This document shows positions 32,317-42,077 of a stretch of DNA of 64,000 nucleotides, in pieces. The notes beneath the pieces are model-generated. The model did not search any database. It was not told where the DNA came from and was given only the letters and a program-made list of their open reading frames with translations. Origin of the DNA: an uncultured Methanosarcinales archaeon (lineage in GTDB: Archaea; Nanobdellota; Nanobdellia; Woesearchaeales; CAZOXR01); the NCBI GenBank assembly GCA_964566535.1, contig CAZMIO010000001.1:1-64000 (forward strand), read 5' to 3'. The translations under genes and the position numbers were made by a program. The first letter of the stretch is position 1. Each line of letters opens with the position of its first letter.

Positions 32317-32537
32317 TTTAGTTCACATGCTATAGTAAGGATTAATCAAGATAATAGCTTCCAATACCCCCAACTAGTATCATTGACGTGATGTTCCAAT
32401 AACTTTATATATAGGATATTTTGCTAGTATTTAAATCTTTCGGTCATTTTTGGGTAATTTTTGTCTATATGGACAATAAATGTTATCCTGAAATGTCAAA
32501 ATATTTATAAATCAATGAAAGAATCTAGTATTTATAT

Positions 32538-32691
32538 GCCGCGGTGGCACAATCTGGTACTGCGCGGGCCTTGAGAATTAGTTTCAAGTTAGCCCGTTTC
32601 CTCACGGATATCCCAGTTCAAAACTACGGTTTCGTGCGTAGCCTATGATGGGCGAAGATGGAAACCGAAGGTGAAAGTCTGGGCCGCGGCG
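32538..32691 (+). tRNA. tRNA-Ser(UGA) with two introns (37/38: 32576-32590; 59/60: 32623-32677)
   Basis: GCCGCGG/CCGCGGC acceptor stem, CGGGC/GCCCG anticodon stem, long variable arm, G73; BHB-like motifs at both introns. Confidence 0.9.
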
Positions 32692-32760
32692 TATTTTTCT
32701 TATTCTTAGTCGAAAAGTTTAAATAGTTATTAATCTAGAGAATAATAATTGGGGGAATAG

Positions 32761-33087
32761 ATGGTAATGTATCCTGAAGAGATTCTAAATGAATCTCCGA
32801 TAGAGAAAAAAGAGAAAAAATTAAAGGAATTTTCTGGCATAAAGGAAAGGCTAGCTTTTTTGAATAGAAGGGATGAGAAAAGCCAGGATGAATTCAACAA
32901 GTACATACATCTTCTTTTAGAGAATGAAAATTGCAAGTATATGGCGAACCATAGGGAAGTTTTGAGCTTATGTAATCACAACTTGTTTGACTGTAAATTT
33001 CGAAGTAGGGATAATTTTAATCATAATGGAAAATTGAAGTTTGAATGTACAAGAGAAAAGACGTTAAAACTTAAGAGCTTACTTTAG
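32761..33087 (+). CDS. Hypothetical protein with four Cys
   Basis: 108-aa ORF with upstream TTTAAATA. Confidence 0.6.
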   Translation: MVMYPEEILNESPIEKKEKKLKEFSGIKERLAFLNRRDEKSQDEFNKYIHLLLENENCKYMANHREVLSLCNHNLFDCKFRSRDNFNHNGKLKFECTREKTLKLKSLL

Positions 33088-34566
33088 AACAAATACTTTA
33101 GCTTGTTTTAGGATATATTTTGCATAATTTAGTCTTTCTTTGCTTTCTGCATATATTGTAAAAAGTTTACTTCCTTTTGTGATTTTGTTCCCTACATGTT
33201 TATGTAAGAAGATACCTGCGCCTTTTGCTGAAGGTGCTCCTGCTACTCTTGCTATTTTTGAAACTAGATTGTTGTTGATTGCCTTTACTATTGATGATTT
33301 TTTTGATTCTATTGTGTAATTGAACTTTCCAATCTTAATTTTGTTTGGGTCGATGTTTGGGTTGCCGTTTTGAGCTTTGATGATTTCTTTCATCTTTTTG
33401 TATGCTCTTCCGGAGTCTAGAATATCTTTTGCTTTGTTTTTGTAATTTTTCATGCCTGCCAATTTAAATATTTCTGAAGCCAATTGGATACACTTTTTTT
33501 CTAAGTTATTAGGTGCATTGGAATCTCTTTTGAGAAGCCATAGAACATCCCTTGCTTCTAATGCAGGGCCTATTCCGTTGCCAATTGGCTCTTCGCCTTT
33601 AGTTATTACGACTTTGATATGTTTGTTTAGTTTTTTTCCAATATCCTCAAAGTCTTTTTTTAGTCTTAGTGCTTCTTTTTTTGTCTGTACTTTAGCACCT
33701 TTACCAACTGGTATATCGATTATTATATGGGTTGAGGAGACTGAATGTTTTTTTGCCATGATTGATGCTAAAAGTTGAGATTCTGCATCAATGCCTAATG
33801 GTTTTTCAACTCTGATGATTTTATCATCTGCTGGCGCTAGGTTTAATGCTCCACCCCAAACAATTGATGCGTTTGTTTTGTTAACAATGGATTTCATCTT
33901 CTTTAGTGGGAATGATACATCTGCTAGGACTTCCATCGAATCAGCTGTTCCTGCTGGAGAAGTTATTGATCTTGAACTTGTTTTAGGTATCGTTAATCCG
34001 GCTGCTGCTATTATTGGAACTACCACCATTGTTGTTCTATTGCCTGGAACTCCACCAATACAATGTTTGTCGATAATAGGATATCTTTTTAGCTTTAGGG
34101 TATCTCCATGTTTTGCCATGGCTTTTGTTAATAGAATAGTTTCTTTTGAGCTTAGTCTATGGGTGTAGCAGGCGGCAACAAAATAAGTTATTTCAGTTTC
34201 GCTAAGTTTATTGTTTACTATATCCCATACAATTTGGTCAATCTCTTTTTTTGTTAGTTTTTCTCCGTCAAGTTTTTTTTTTATGTGGATTAAGGATAAT
34301 GGTTTTCTTGCGAGTTTAATTGAGACTTTGTCGTTATGTTTTAGGTTTAGAGAATGGACTGTTTCTTCAAAGACTCCAATTTTTCCTCTTGGCACTGCTC
34401 TTTGGCTTTCTGCAATGTCAACTACTGCTGTTTCTGTCTTTTTTCCTTTGGTTATTTTTATTCTGTCTGAAACGTGGATGTCGAATTTCTTTGCGTCATA
34501 TTCATTTAGAATTACAATTAATGATCCTCCTGTAGCTATATCCATGTCTTTTACTTTTAGTTCCAT
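33079..34566 (-). CDS. AMP phosphorylase (thymidine phosphorylase family)
   Basis: DKHCIGGVPGNRTT, KTSSRSITSPAGTAD, GIGPALEA. Confidence 0.95.
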   Translation of the reverse strand: MELKVKDMDIATGGSLIVILNEYDAKKFDIHVSDRIKITKGKKTETAVVDIAESQRAVPRGKIGVFEETVHSLNLKHNDKVSIKLARKPLSLIHIKKKLDGEKLTKKEIDQIVWDIVNNKLSETEITYFVAACYTHRLSSKETILLTKAMAKHGDTLKLKRYPIIDKHCIGGVPGNRTTMVVVPIIAAAGLTIPKTSSRSITSPAGTADSMEVLADVSFPLKKMKSIVNKTNASIVWGGALNLAPADDKIIRVEKPLGIDAESQLLASIMAKKHSVSSTHIIIDIPVGKGAKVQTKKEALRLKKDFEDIGKKLNKHIKVVITKGEEPIGNGIGPALEARDVLWLLKRDSNAPNNLEKKCIQLASEIFKLAGMKNYKNKAKDILDSGRAYKKMKEIIKAQNGNPNIDPNKIKIGKFNYTIESKKSSIVKAINNNLVSKIARVAGAPSAKGAGIFLHKHVGNKITKGSKLFTIYAESKERLNYAKYILKQAKVFVLK

Positions 34567-34665
34567 AATTAGTTTTTTTGATTATGATGTTTAAATAGTT
34601 TTCTAAGTCAAGAGTTATAAGTTAAACAATAAATTATTTAAATGGTTATTTGCACCTAATCATTA

Positions 34666-35160
34666 ATGGAATTTAAGAATATTTTTTCATTTGATATTAA
34701 ATGGAACTTTAAGACGATTAGTGCTTTCTTGTTTTTGTTGATATTGCCAAATTTGTTAGGTGTAGTTAATTTTTCTACTCCTTTTGGGTTTCAGATTCAT
34801 TCTTTTCAAGTAGCTGTCTTTTTGGCTGCTTTGATTTATGGGCCTTCTGGTGGGTTCTTATCTGGGTTTGTTGGTTCTTTTTATTCGGCTTTGTTGACCG
34901 GGAATCCTTACATTATTGTTGGTAATGCAATCTTAGGGTTTTTTGTTGGGCTTTTTGCAAGGTACGGATTTAATGTTGCACTGAGTGTGTTGTTGGCTTA
35001 CATGATTCAGTTGCCTTGGTTACTTATTACTGACTTTTATTTAGTTCATTTACCTGTTCCTTTTTTACAGGGGTTGATTATAGCTCTTCTTGTATCTAAT
35101 ATGGTTTGGGCAATTGTTGCGTCTGTTGCCATTAAACCGGTAAAGAAGTTACTAGAATGA
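34666..35160 (+). CDS. ECF transporter S-component-like membrane protein
   Basis: Multi-TM; YGP..G...G..GS motif. Confidence 0.7.
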   Translation: MEFKNIFSFDIKWNFKTISAFLFLLILPNLLGVVNFSTPFGFQIHSFQVAVFLAALIYGPSGGFLSGFVGSFYSALLTGNPYIIVGNAILGFFVGLFARYGFNVALSVLLAYMIQLPWLLITDFYLVHLPVPFLQGLIIALLVSNMVWAIVASVAIKPVKKLLE

Positions 35161-35567
35161 TAAATCCTGATTTTTCTAAATATTCTCTTGTGCTTGTTAG
35201 TGATGGGAATGTAGTTTTTTCATCACAAAAGTCAGGGTTACGACCTTTGATGGAATGTGTAGATGAGTTTAGGGGGAAGTTGAATAAGTGTGAAGTGCAT
35301 GATAAAGTTATTGGGCTGGCTGCTGCACGGTTGATTGTTTATTCTGGGATGATTGATTGTGTTCGTACTTTGACTTGTAGTAAGTTGGGTGAGGAATTGT
35401 TGAGGAAGCATGATGTAGATGTTAAGGCTGAAAGTATGGTTGATAATATACTTACTATTGATAAGATGAGCATATGTCCTATGGAGTTAAAGGCTATTGG
35501 GATAAATAATGAAAACTTTTATTTGGCTATGAAGAAGCGATTTGAGGACGGTTTAGTAAAACCGTAA
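35157..35567 (+). CDS. DUF1893 (TM1506-like) protein
   Basis: GLRPL, DKVIG.AAA, CPME. Confidence 0.85.
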   Translation: MINPDFSKYSLVLVSDGNVVFSSQKSGLRPLMECVDEFRGKLNKCEVHDKVIGLAAARLIVYSGMIDCVRTLTCSKLGEELLRKHDVDVKAESMVDNILTIDKMSICPMELKAIGINNENFYLAMKKRFEDGLVKP

Positions 35568-35660
35568 TCTTTATATATTGATGAACACATACCTTTTTAA
35601 TGCGATTAGCAAAAGATTTATTAACAATTAGTTCTAGGAAATTATTAGGTGGTGTTATCG

Positions 35661-37376
35661 ATGGTTAAATACATAGTTGTAGCTGGGGGAGTGATGTCTG
35701 GTGTTGGAAAGGGTGTTACGACTGCTTCTGTTGGGAAGATTTTACAGGAATATGGTTATAAAGTAACTGCTATTAAGATTGACCCTTACATTAATTATGA
35801 TGCTGGTACTCTTCGTCCTACTGAACATGGGGAAGTGTGGGTTACTGATGATGGTGGGGAGATAGACCAGGACTTGGGGAACTATGAGAGGTTCTTTGGG
35901 ATAGACATTCCTAAGAAAAACAATCTTACTACCGGTCAAATTTATAAGACAGTTATTGATAAGGAAAGGAAGGGGGAGTTTTTAGGAGAGACAGTTCAGT
36001 TTATACCGCATATTCCTAATGAGATAAAGAGAAGGATAAGGGATGCTGCAAAGGATTATGATATTGCACTTATTGAGATAGGGGGGACTATTGGAGATTT
36101 TGAGAATGTACCTTTCTTATTTGCAATGAAGAGTATTGAGAGGGAGTTAGGTGAAGATCAAGTTGTTTACATGTTGATAACTTATTTGCCAACTCCAGGT
36201 CATATTGAGGAGATGAAGACGAAGCCTACTCAACAAGCAGTTAGGATGTTATCTGAGAACGGTATATTTCCAGATTTTATTATTTGTCGTGCGAGAATAG
36301 CATTAGATGCAGTTCGTAAGAAGAAGATAGAGACTTATGCTAACATTCGTTCAGAGCATGTTATTTCTGAGCCAGATATTGATACTATTTATAGAATTCC
36401 TCTTGATTTAGAGAAAGAAGAGTTAGGGATTAAGATATTGAAAGAGTTTGGATTAAAGCCAAAGAAGAAAATAGACTTAGGTAATTGGGAGAGTTTGGTC
36501 AATAGGATAACTGAGCCTAAAAAGAGGGTGAAGATAGCAATAATTGGAAAGTATGTTGATATTGGAGATTATTCTTTGGCTGACTCTTATACTTCAATAA
36601 ATCATGCGCTTATTCATGCAGGTGCTGAGCTTAATGTTGGTATTGATATTGATTGGGTTGATGCTAAGGAGCTTGAGCGTGGTGGTGAAGGAAAGAGATT
36701 AAGTAAGTATGATGGGATATTGATTCCAGGCGGGTTTGGTTCGAGCGGTGTTGAAGGCAAGATTAATGCTATTAAATATGCAAGGGAGAATGATGTTCCA
36801 TTTTTGGGATTATGTTTAGGGATGCAGCTTGCGATTGTTGAGTTTGCAAGGAATGTTTGTGGAATGGAAGATGCGAACAGTACAGAGGTTAAGAAAACGT
36901 CGCATAATGTTATTGATATGCTGCCTTCTCAAAAGGACGTTATTGAGCAGAGTAGATATGGTGGAACTATGAGGTTAGGTGCATATGCTGCTAGTTTGAA
37001 AGATGGTTCAGTGGTTAAGAAATTATATGCTAGGACGTCTAGGATAAAAGAGGATAATGAACGGATTGAGTCTATTAAATTGAAACAAAAGGAATTGTTT
37101 AGATTAGGAAATTTGGAGAGGGATAAGGATGCGGTACTAGAGAGGCACAGACACAGATATGAGGTTAATCCTAAGTTTATTTCGCAGATTGAGGAGAAGG
37201 GATTAGTATTTTCAGGATATCATGTTAGGAAGGATGATGAGAAGTTGATGGAGTTTATTGAGCTACCTAAGTTGAAGTATTTTGTTGGAACACAAGCACA
37301 TCCTGAGTTTAAATCGGGATTAGGGAGACCATCTCCTTTGTTTTATGGTTTTATTGAAGGGATTTTGAGGAAATAG
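35661..37376 (+). CDS. pyrG: CTP synthase
   Basis: GGVMSGVGKG, KTKPTQ, GLCLGMQ, ERHRHRYE, QAHPEF. Confidence 0.98.
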   Translation: MVKYIVVAGGVMSGVGKGVTTASVGKILQEYGYKVTAIKIDPYINYDAGTLRPTEHGEVWVTDDGGEIDQDLGNYERFFGIDIPKKNNLTTGQIYKTVIDKERKGEFLGETVQFIPHIPNEIKRRIRDAAKDYDIALIEIGGTIGDFENVPFLFAMKSIERELGEDQVVYMLITYLPTPGHIEEMKTKPTQQAVRMLSENGIFPDFIICRARIALDAVRKKKIETYANIRSEHVISEPDIDTIYRIPLDLEKEELGIKILKEFGLKPKKKIDLGNWESLVNRITEPKKRVKIAIIGKYVDIGDYSLADSYTSINHALIHAGAELNVGIDIDWVDAKELERGGEGKRLSKYDGILIPGGFGSSGVEGKINAIKYARENDVPFLGLCLGMQLAIVEFARNVCGMEDANSTEVKKTSHNVIDMLPSQKDVIEQSRYGGTMRLGAYAASLKDGSVVKKLYARTSRIKEDNERIESIKLKQKELFRLGNLERDKDAVLERHRHRYEVNPKFISQIEEKGLVFSGYHVRKDDEKLMEFIELPKLKYFVGTQAHPEFKSGLGRPSPLFYGFIEGILRK

Positions 37377-37419
37377 AAACAAAACCTTTTTATACATCTT
37401 TTTAGAAACTCAATCTGAG

Positions 37420-39297
37420 ATGAAAATACTTACTATACATTCAGACTTTATCAAGTTTCACGCTAAAAAGAAGGCTATAAAAGATGCTGAGGAAGCTGAT
37501 AAGGCTGAGAAAGAAGTAAATGAATGTTTAGTAGTTTTGAGTTCTGTTGAGAAGAGGGATGAGGCTAATCCTAGTAGTGTTGCAAAGAAACTTGTTTCTG
37601 AGATTGAGGATATTGCTGAGAAGGTTAAGGCAGACAAGATAGTGCTGTATCCTTATGTTCACTTAACTAATGAGCCTAGCAATGCTAAGACTGCTTTAAT
37701 GGTGTTGGATGATGCAGAGAAGGAATTGAAGAAGAACTTTGAAGTTATTAGGTCACCATTCGGATGGTATAAGTCTTTTACTGTTAACTGTAAGGGACAT
37801 CCTTTGTCTGAGTTAAGCAGGGAGTTTAGTGCTGAGGGTGATGAGAAGGATGAAGGGAAATCTGAAGAGAATGACTCAATAAAGAAAGAAAGAAAGTTAA
37901 CTTCATATTGGCATATTTTAGATGTTGATGGTGAATTGCACAGTGTTGATAAGTTTAATTATGATGGATATGAGAATCTTAAGAAGTTTGCTTTTTATGA
38001 GAAAGAGAAATCAAGAGCGGTTAATCAAGAGCCTGCACATATTGCTATAATGAAGAAGCTGGAGTTGGTTGACTACGAGCCAGCGTCTGATGGTGGAAAT
38101 TTAAGATACTATCCTAAGGGAAGGCTCATGAAGGGTTTGATTGAGGAGTATGTTTCTAGAAGGGTTATTGATTATGGCGGAGTTGAGGTTGAAACTCCTA
38201 TAATGTATGATATGAACCATCCTACTTTGTTTAAGTATCTGCAAAGGTTTCCTGCAAGGCAGTATCAGATTGATTCTGACAAAAGGAGTTTCTTTTTACG
38301 GTTTGCAGCTTGCTTTGGACAGTTCTTGATGGCTCATGATGCTACAATTAGTTATAGGAATTTGCCTTTGAAACTTTATGAGTTGACAAGGTACTCTTTT
38401 AGGCGTGAACAAAGTGGAGAGTTGACTGGGTTAAGGCGGCTTCGTGCTTTTACGATGCCTGATGTTCATTCACTTGTTGCTGATATGGACATGGCGATGG
38501 ATGAGTTTAAGGTCCGATTTAATCTGAGTCTAAGTGTACTTAGTAAGATGGGTGTTGTTAATAGTGATCTAGAGATGGCTCTTCGTACTACAAAGGAGTT
38601 TTACAGTAAGAATAAGGAGTTTATTCAAGGTTTAGTTAAGAAGATAGGTAAACCTATCTTACTTGAGATGTGGGATGAGCGGATATTCTACTTTGTGTTG
38701 AAGTATGAGTTTAATTTTGTTGATACTTTAGATAAGGCCTCTGCTTTGAGTACAGACCAGATCGATATTGAGAATGGTGAAAGGTATGGTATTAAGTTTA
38801 CTGATAAAGATGGGAAACAGAAGACTCCTTTGATATTGCACTGCAGTCCTTCAGGTGCTATTGAGAGGGTGATGTATGCACTTTTAGAGAAGGCTGCTTT
38901 TGCGCAGAAAGAAGGTAAGGTTGCTCAATTGCCATTATGGTTAAATCCTACTCAAGTTAGAGTTATTCCAGTTTCTGAGGATTTTATGAAGGATACTATT
39001 GCGCTTACTGATGAGCTTCGTGCTAATGATGTTAGGGCTGATATTGATGATAGGGGATTACATGTTGGTAAGAAGATAAGGGGAGCTGGAACTGATTGGA
39101 GTGGGCTTGTTGTTGTTTATGGTGAGAATGAGAAGAAGTCTGATAAGTTGCCTGTTAGGATTAGGGGCAAGAAGGAGCTTGAGAGTATGAGTTTGGGTGA
39201 ACTGATTGAATACGTTAAGAAGAAGACTGAGGGGATGCCATTTAAGCCGTTGGCATTGCCTAAGGAGTTGTCAAAACGTCCGATATTTGTAGGGTAA
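37420..39297 (+). CDS. thrS: Threonyl-tRNA synthetase, archaeal type
   Basis: LYPYVHL, CKGHPLSELSR, LRFAACFG, RAFTMPDVH. Confidence 0.97.
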   Translation: MKILTIHSDFIKFHAKKKAIKDAEEADKAEKEVNECLVVLSSVEKRDEANPSSVAKKLVSEIEDIAEKVKADKIVLYPYVHLTNEPSNAKTALMVLDDAEKELKKNFEVIRSPFGWYKSFTVNCKGHPLSELSREFSAEGDEKDEGKSEENDSIKKERKLTSYWHILDVDGELHSVDKFNYDGYENLKKFAFYEKEKSRAVNQEPAHIAIMKKLELVDYEPASDGGNLRYYPKGRLMKGLIEEYVSRRVIDYGGVEVETPIMYDMNHPTLFKYLQRFPARQYQIDSDKRSFFLRFAACFGQFLMAHDATISYRNLPLKLYELTRYSFRREQSGELTGLRRLRAFTMPDVHSLVADMDMAMDEFKVRFNLSLSVLSKMGVVNSDLEMALRTTKEFYSKNKEFIQGLVKKIGKPILLEMWDERIFYFVLKYEFNFVDTLDKASALSTDQIDIENGERYGIKFTDKDGKQKTPLILHCSPSGAIERVMYALLEKAAFAQKEGKVAQLPLWLNPTQVRVIPVSEDFMKDTIALTDELRANDVRADIDDRGLHVGKKIRGAGTDWSGLVVVYGENEKKSDKLPVRIRGKKELESMSLGELIEYVKKKTEGMPFKPLALPKELSKRPIFVG

Positions 39298-39333
39298 CGT
39301 TTTTTCCAGATTATTTTTCTTCGAAAAACTAAT

Positions 39334-39363
39334 CTTTCTAAAAGGCCTATATTTGTTGGTTAG
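39334..39363 (+). pseudogene. Recoded duplicate of the last 9 codons and stop of thrS
   Basis: Encodes LSKRPIFVG*, identical to the thrS end (39268-39297), with 9/30 synonymous nucleotide differences. Confidence 0.85.
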
Positions 39364-39396
39364 ATTTTTAAATGATTCTCTATTTCTAAGTTGAAA

Positions 39397-39858
39397 ATGG
39401 CATATAGAAGAGAACGATTTAGACTAGAACCTGATCATTTACTGTATGATGTCAGGGAAGATAATATGCGGCCGGACATTGTAGCTTTGCAAGGAAAGTT
39501 ACTAGCTCCAAACGCAACGATAGATAATATTGAGGCTACTGCTAATGGGATGGATTATGAAGCGTTTGGTGATGAACCAATTGTTGATTCTGATGTTTTA
39601 ACATATAGGGAGGTGGATGTACTACAGGAAGCACGAAGTAGATTACTTGAAGCCGGTAGAATTGAAACTGTTGTTCGGCTTGATACAGTCCTTACTACTT
39701 ATCATCCAGATAACAACGGCGGACCTAGACAAGAAGGTGTTTATGCTGCTACAAATTTAAAAGAGTTTGAAGATAATAGTCCTGTAGAGGTAAGTTATTC
39801 AGTAGAAAATCATGGGGACGTTATAGTGGATTTCTTAGTGCGCTTGAAGGAGAGATAG
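39397..39858 (+). CDS. Orphan acidic protein
   Basis: ORF with TTTTAAA box upstream; overlaps the start of the next gene. Confidence 0.7.
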   Translation: MAYRRERFRLEPDHLLYDVREDNMRPDIVALQGKLLAPNATIDNIEATANGMDYEAFGDEPIVDSDVLTYREVDVLQEARSRLLEAGRIETVVRLDTVLTTYHPDNNGGPRQEGVYAATNLKEFEDNSPVEVSYSVENHGDVIVDFLVRLKER

Positions 39859-40745
39859 TCGATCCAATTACTATAGTTTTATTGGGAGGTATTGGTTGTG
39901 GTAAATCTACTTTTTTATATACTGCACATAGAGCATTGAGACAAGCTAATGCTGGGATTAGTATTAAGAAAGGTACATTTAGGGAGGAGATATCTGAGAG
40001 GGAGCATACTGCTGTTGTGGATATGAGATCAAAATCAGATGTTCAGAGAGCTAATGCAACATCAATTCCTGATGAAATGGTTTATTTTGGTTATGCGAAT
40101 GGAAAAGTTGTTCCATTTAATCTAGTTGCACCGGGAGCTCATATGTCTACATTAGATTATGAACAAAAATCAGATGGAGTAGTTTATCTTGTTGATACAA
40201 GTTTTATAGAGTTTATGAGGGAAAAATATTATGATGATGGTTTTTCGATGGAATTTATTGATGCTGCTAGGTATGCATCTTTTAAACAAGACACCTTTGG
40301 TCAAAATGCTGATAGCATACAAGCGACAGAGAATGAAAGGGCCCAAAGATGTATAGATGGAACTCCTCATATAGGCACACTAACTCATAGACTTCAAAAT
40401 GGTGATCTTTCTGGTGAAGAACTTGCTGGGATAAGTGATGATATAAATGGAATATTGGGGATGTTTGAAGGAAGAAGTATAAGTCTTCGTCATTCTGGTT
40501 ATTTTGGAATTAATAGAAGAGTAAGATTAGATTTACCTTCAATTCCAGAATGGTTTAGTGTTGACCTATTGCAACCTAGGAGGTATGAAGATGTTTTACT
40601 GCCTTTGCAAAGAATTTCTCAGTTAGCTTTAGAGCATAGGTTAGGGGAAGATGCTTCAGGTTTGCAATTAGTTAACTTCTCAACTCAGTGGGAAGGACCC
40701 CAATTGGATAGAAGTGTTACTTTAAGGGTTGATGAGATAAGTTAG
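39855..40745 (+). CDS. Divergent small-GTPase-like P-loop protein (probable ATA start)
   Basis: ITIVLLGGIGCGKST, Thr in HTAVVD, FNLVAPG, DGVVYLVD. Confidence 0.65.
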   Translation: MVDPITIVLLGGIGCGKSTFLYTAHRALRQANAGISIKKGTFREEISEREHTAVVDMRSKSDVQRANATSIPDEMVYFGYANGKVVPFNLVAPGAHMSTLDYEQKSDGVVYLVDTSFIEFMREKYYDDGFSMEFIDAARYASFKQDTFGQNADSIQATENERAQRCIDGTPHIGTLTHRLQNGDLSGEELAGISDDINGILGMFEGRSISLRHSGYFGINRRVRLDLPSIPEWFSVDLLQPRRYEDVLLPLQRISQLALEHRLGEDASGLQLVNFSTQWEGPQLDRSVTLRVDEIS

Positions 40746-41371
40746 AGCTTAAAACTCTCACCATGTTTTAGAATTGTAACTTTTGTATCTGTTTCTAATT
40801 CAACCTTTTCTTTGAAGAGTTCAGCATCATCTATTGTTCCTACAACTCCTGATGCGAAGTGCATTGGGATTGCGAACTTTGGCTTTATCAATTTAATCGC
40901 TTCAACCGCTTCGTCTGAATTCATTGTGTAAATGCCTCCAACTGGGACTAGGGCGACATCTACATCGTATGATTTCATTTCTGGGATCTTATCGGTATCG
41001 CCTGAGAAGTAAACTCTCTTTCCTTCTAATGTTATTATGAAACCAACACCAAAACCTTTTGGGTGGAATTCTTTGTTTAAGTTGTAGGCTTCTACTGCTT
41101 CTACTGCAATTTCGCCAACGATTTCAGATTGTCCTGGTAATAGCGGTTTTGCGCCGTGGATTGTTGATGCGACTTCTTTTGAAGAAATGATTATTGTATT
41201 GTCAGTTGAGATTAAGTTTACCTTTTCCATATTTAAGTGATCATGATGGGAATGGCTTATTAGAATAATGTCTGCTTTGTCTTCATAGTCTCCAAAGTAA
41301 GGATCGATGTAGATGATTTTGTCTTGAGTCTTTATCTTAAAACTAGCATGGCCTAACCAGATTATTTCCAT
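40742..41371 (-). CDS. MBL-fold metallohydrolase
   Basis: WLGHASF, SHSHHDH, SGDT, PMHF. Confidence 0.93.
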   Translation of the reverse strand: MEIIWLGHASFKIKTQDKIIYIDPYFGDYEDKADIILISHSHHDHLNMEKVNLISTDNTIIISSKEVASTIHGAKPLLPGQSEIVGEIAVEAVEAYNLNKEFHPKGFGVGFIITLEGKRVYFSGDTDKIPEMKSYDVDVALVPVGGIYTMNSDEAVEAIKLIKPKFAIPMHFASGVVGTIDDAELFKEKVELETDTKVTILKHGESFKL

Positions 41372-41372
41372 C

Positions 41373-42077
41373 TTAAGTTGCTTTTAGTTCAACATTTTTT
41401 ATATATTTTTGCATAATCTGTTTGAATTCTTCCATCTCTTCTCTTTTGAACGTTTCTTTTTTGTTGTAGGAAGAATCTATAGTATTCTTATTTGGTTTGA
41501 ATTGCTGTAAAGTAAAATGTTCACAGTCTTTTAGCCATTTTCCAATTTCTTTTGCGTCTTCTTTAGAGAATAATCCTGGAACTACTGTTGTTCTGAATTC
41601 ATGTTTTATTTTGCTGTTTCTTAGGATGTCTATACTTTCTTGGATATCTTTTTTGTTTGTCTTGGTACGGGTTACTATATCATATTTTTCTAATGGTGCT
41701 TTTATGTCCATTGAAATGAAGTCAGTCAGTTTGTTGTCGATTAGATATTTGATCATTTCTGGATTTGTTCCGTTAGTATCTAACTTTACAACAAGTCCGC
41801 GTTCTTTTATCTTTTCAATGAACTTTGGGAGATCTTTTTGGAGGGTTGGCTCTCCACCAGAAATACAAACACCATCTACCCAGCCTTTTTTGGACTCTAA
41901 GAAGGTGATAATTTCGTTTTCTTTTATTTTTTCTAGCTGTTCAGGGTTTATTACTAAGTCTTTGTTATGACAATAAGGACATTGCATATTACAACCACCA
42001 AGGAAAAGAGTTGAGACTACTTTTCCCGGATAGTTGATTAGACATGTTTTTTGTATGCCATTTATCTGCAAAGTCAT
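41373..42077 (-). CDS. nrdG: Anaerobic RNR activating radical SAM enzyme
   Basis: CNMQCPYCHN, SGGEPT, DTNG; operon with nrdD. Confidence 0.93.
   Translation of the reverse strand: MTLQINGIQKTCLINYPGKVVSTLFLGGCNMQCPYCHNKDLVINPEQLEKIKENEIITFLESKKGWVDGVCISGGEPTLQKDLPKFIEKIKERGLVVKLDTNGTNPEMIKYLIDNKLTDFISMDIKAPLEKYDIVTRTKTNKKDIQESIDILRNSKIKHEFRTTVVPGLFSKEDAKEIGKWLKDCEHFTLQQFKPNKNTIDSSYNKKETFKREEMEEFKQIMQKYIKNVELKAT

Noticed and set aside
32572..32574. Selenocysteine or suppressor tRNA
   Set aside because: TGA is the anticodon and reads UCA (Ser); tRNA-Sec would have anticodon TCA.
35600..35668. 22-codon uORF overlapping the pyrG start
   Set aside because: No distinctive composition or structure, so it cannot be told from chance.
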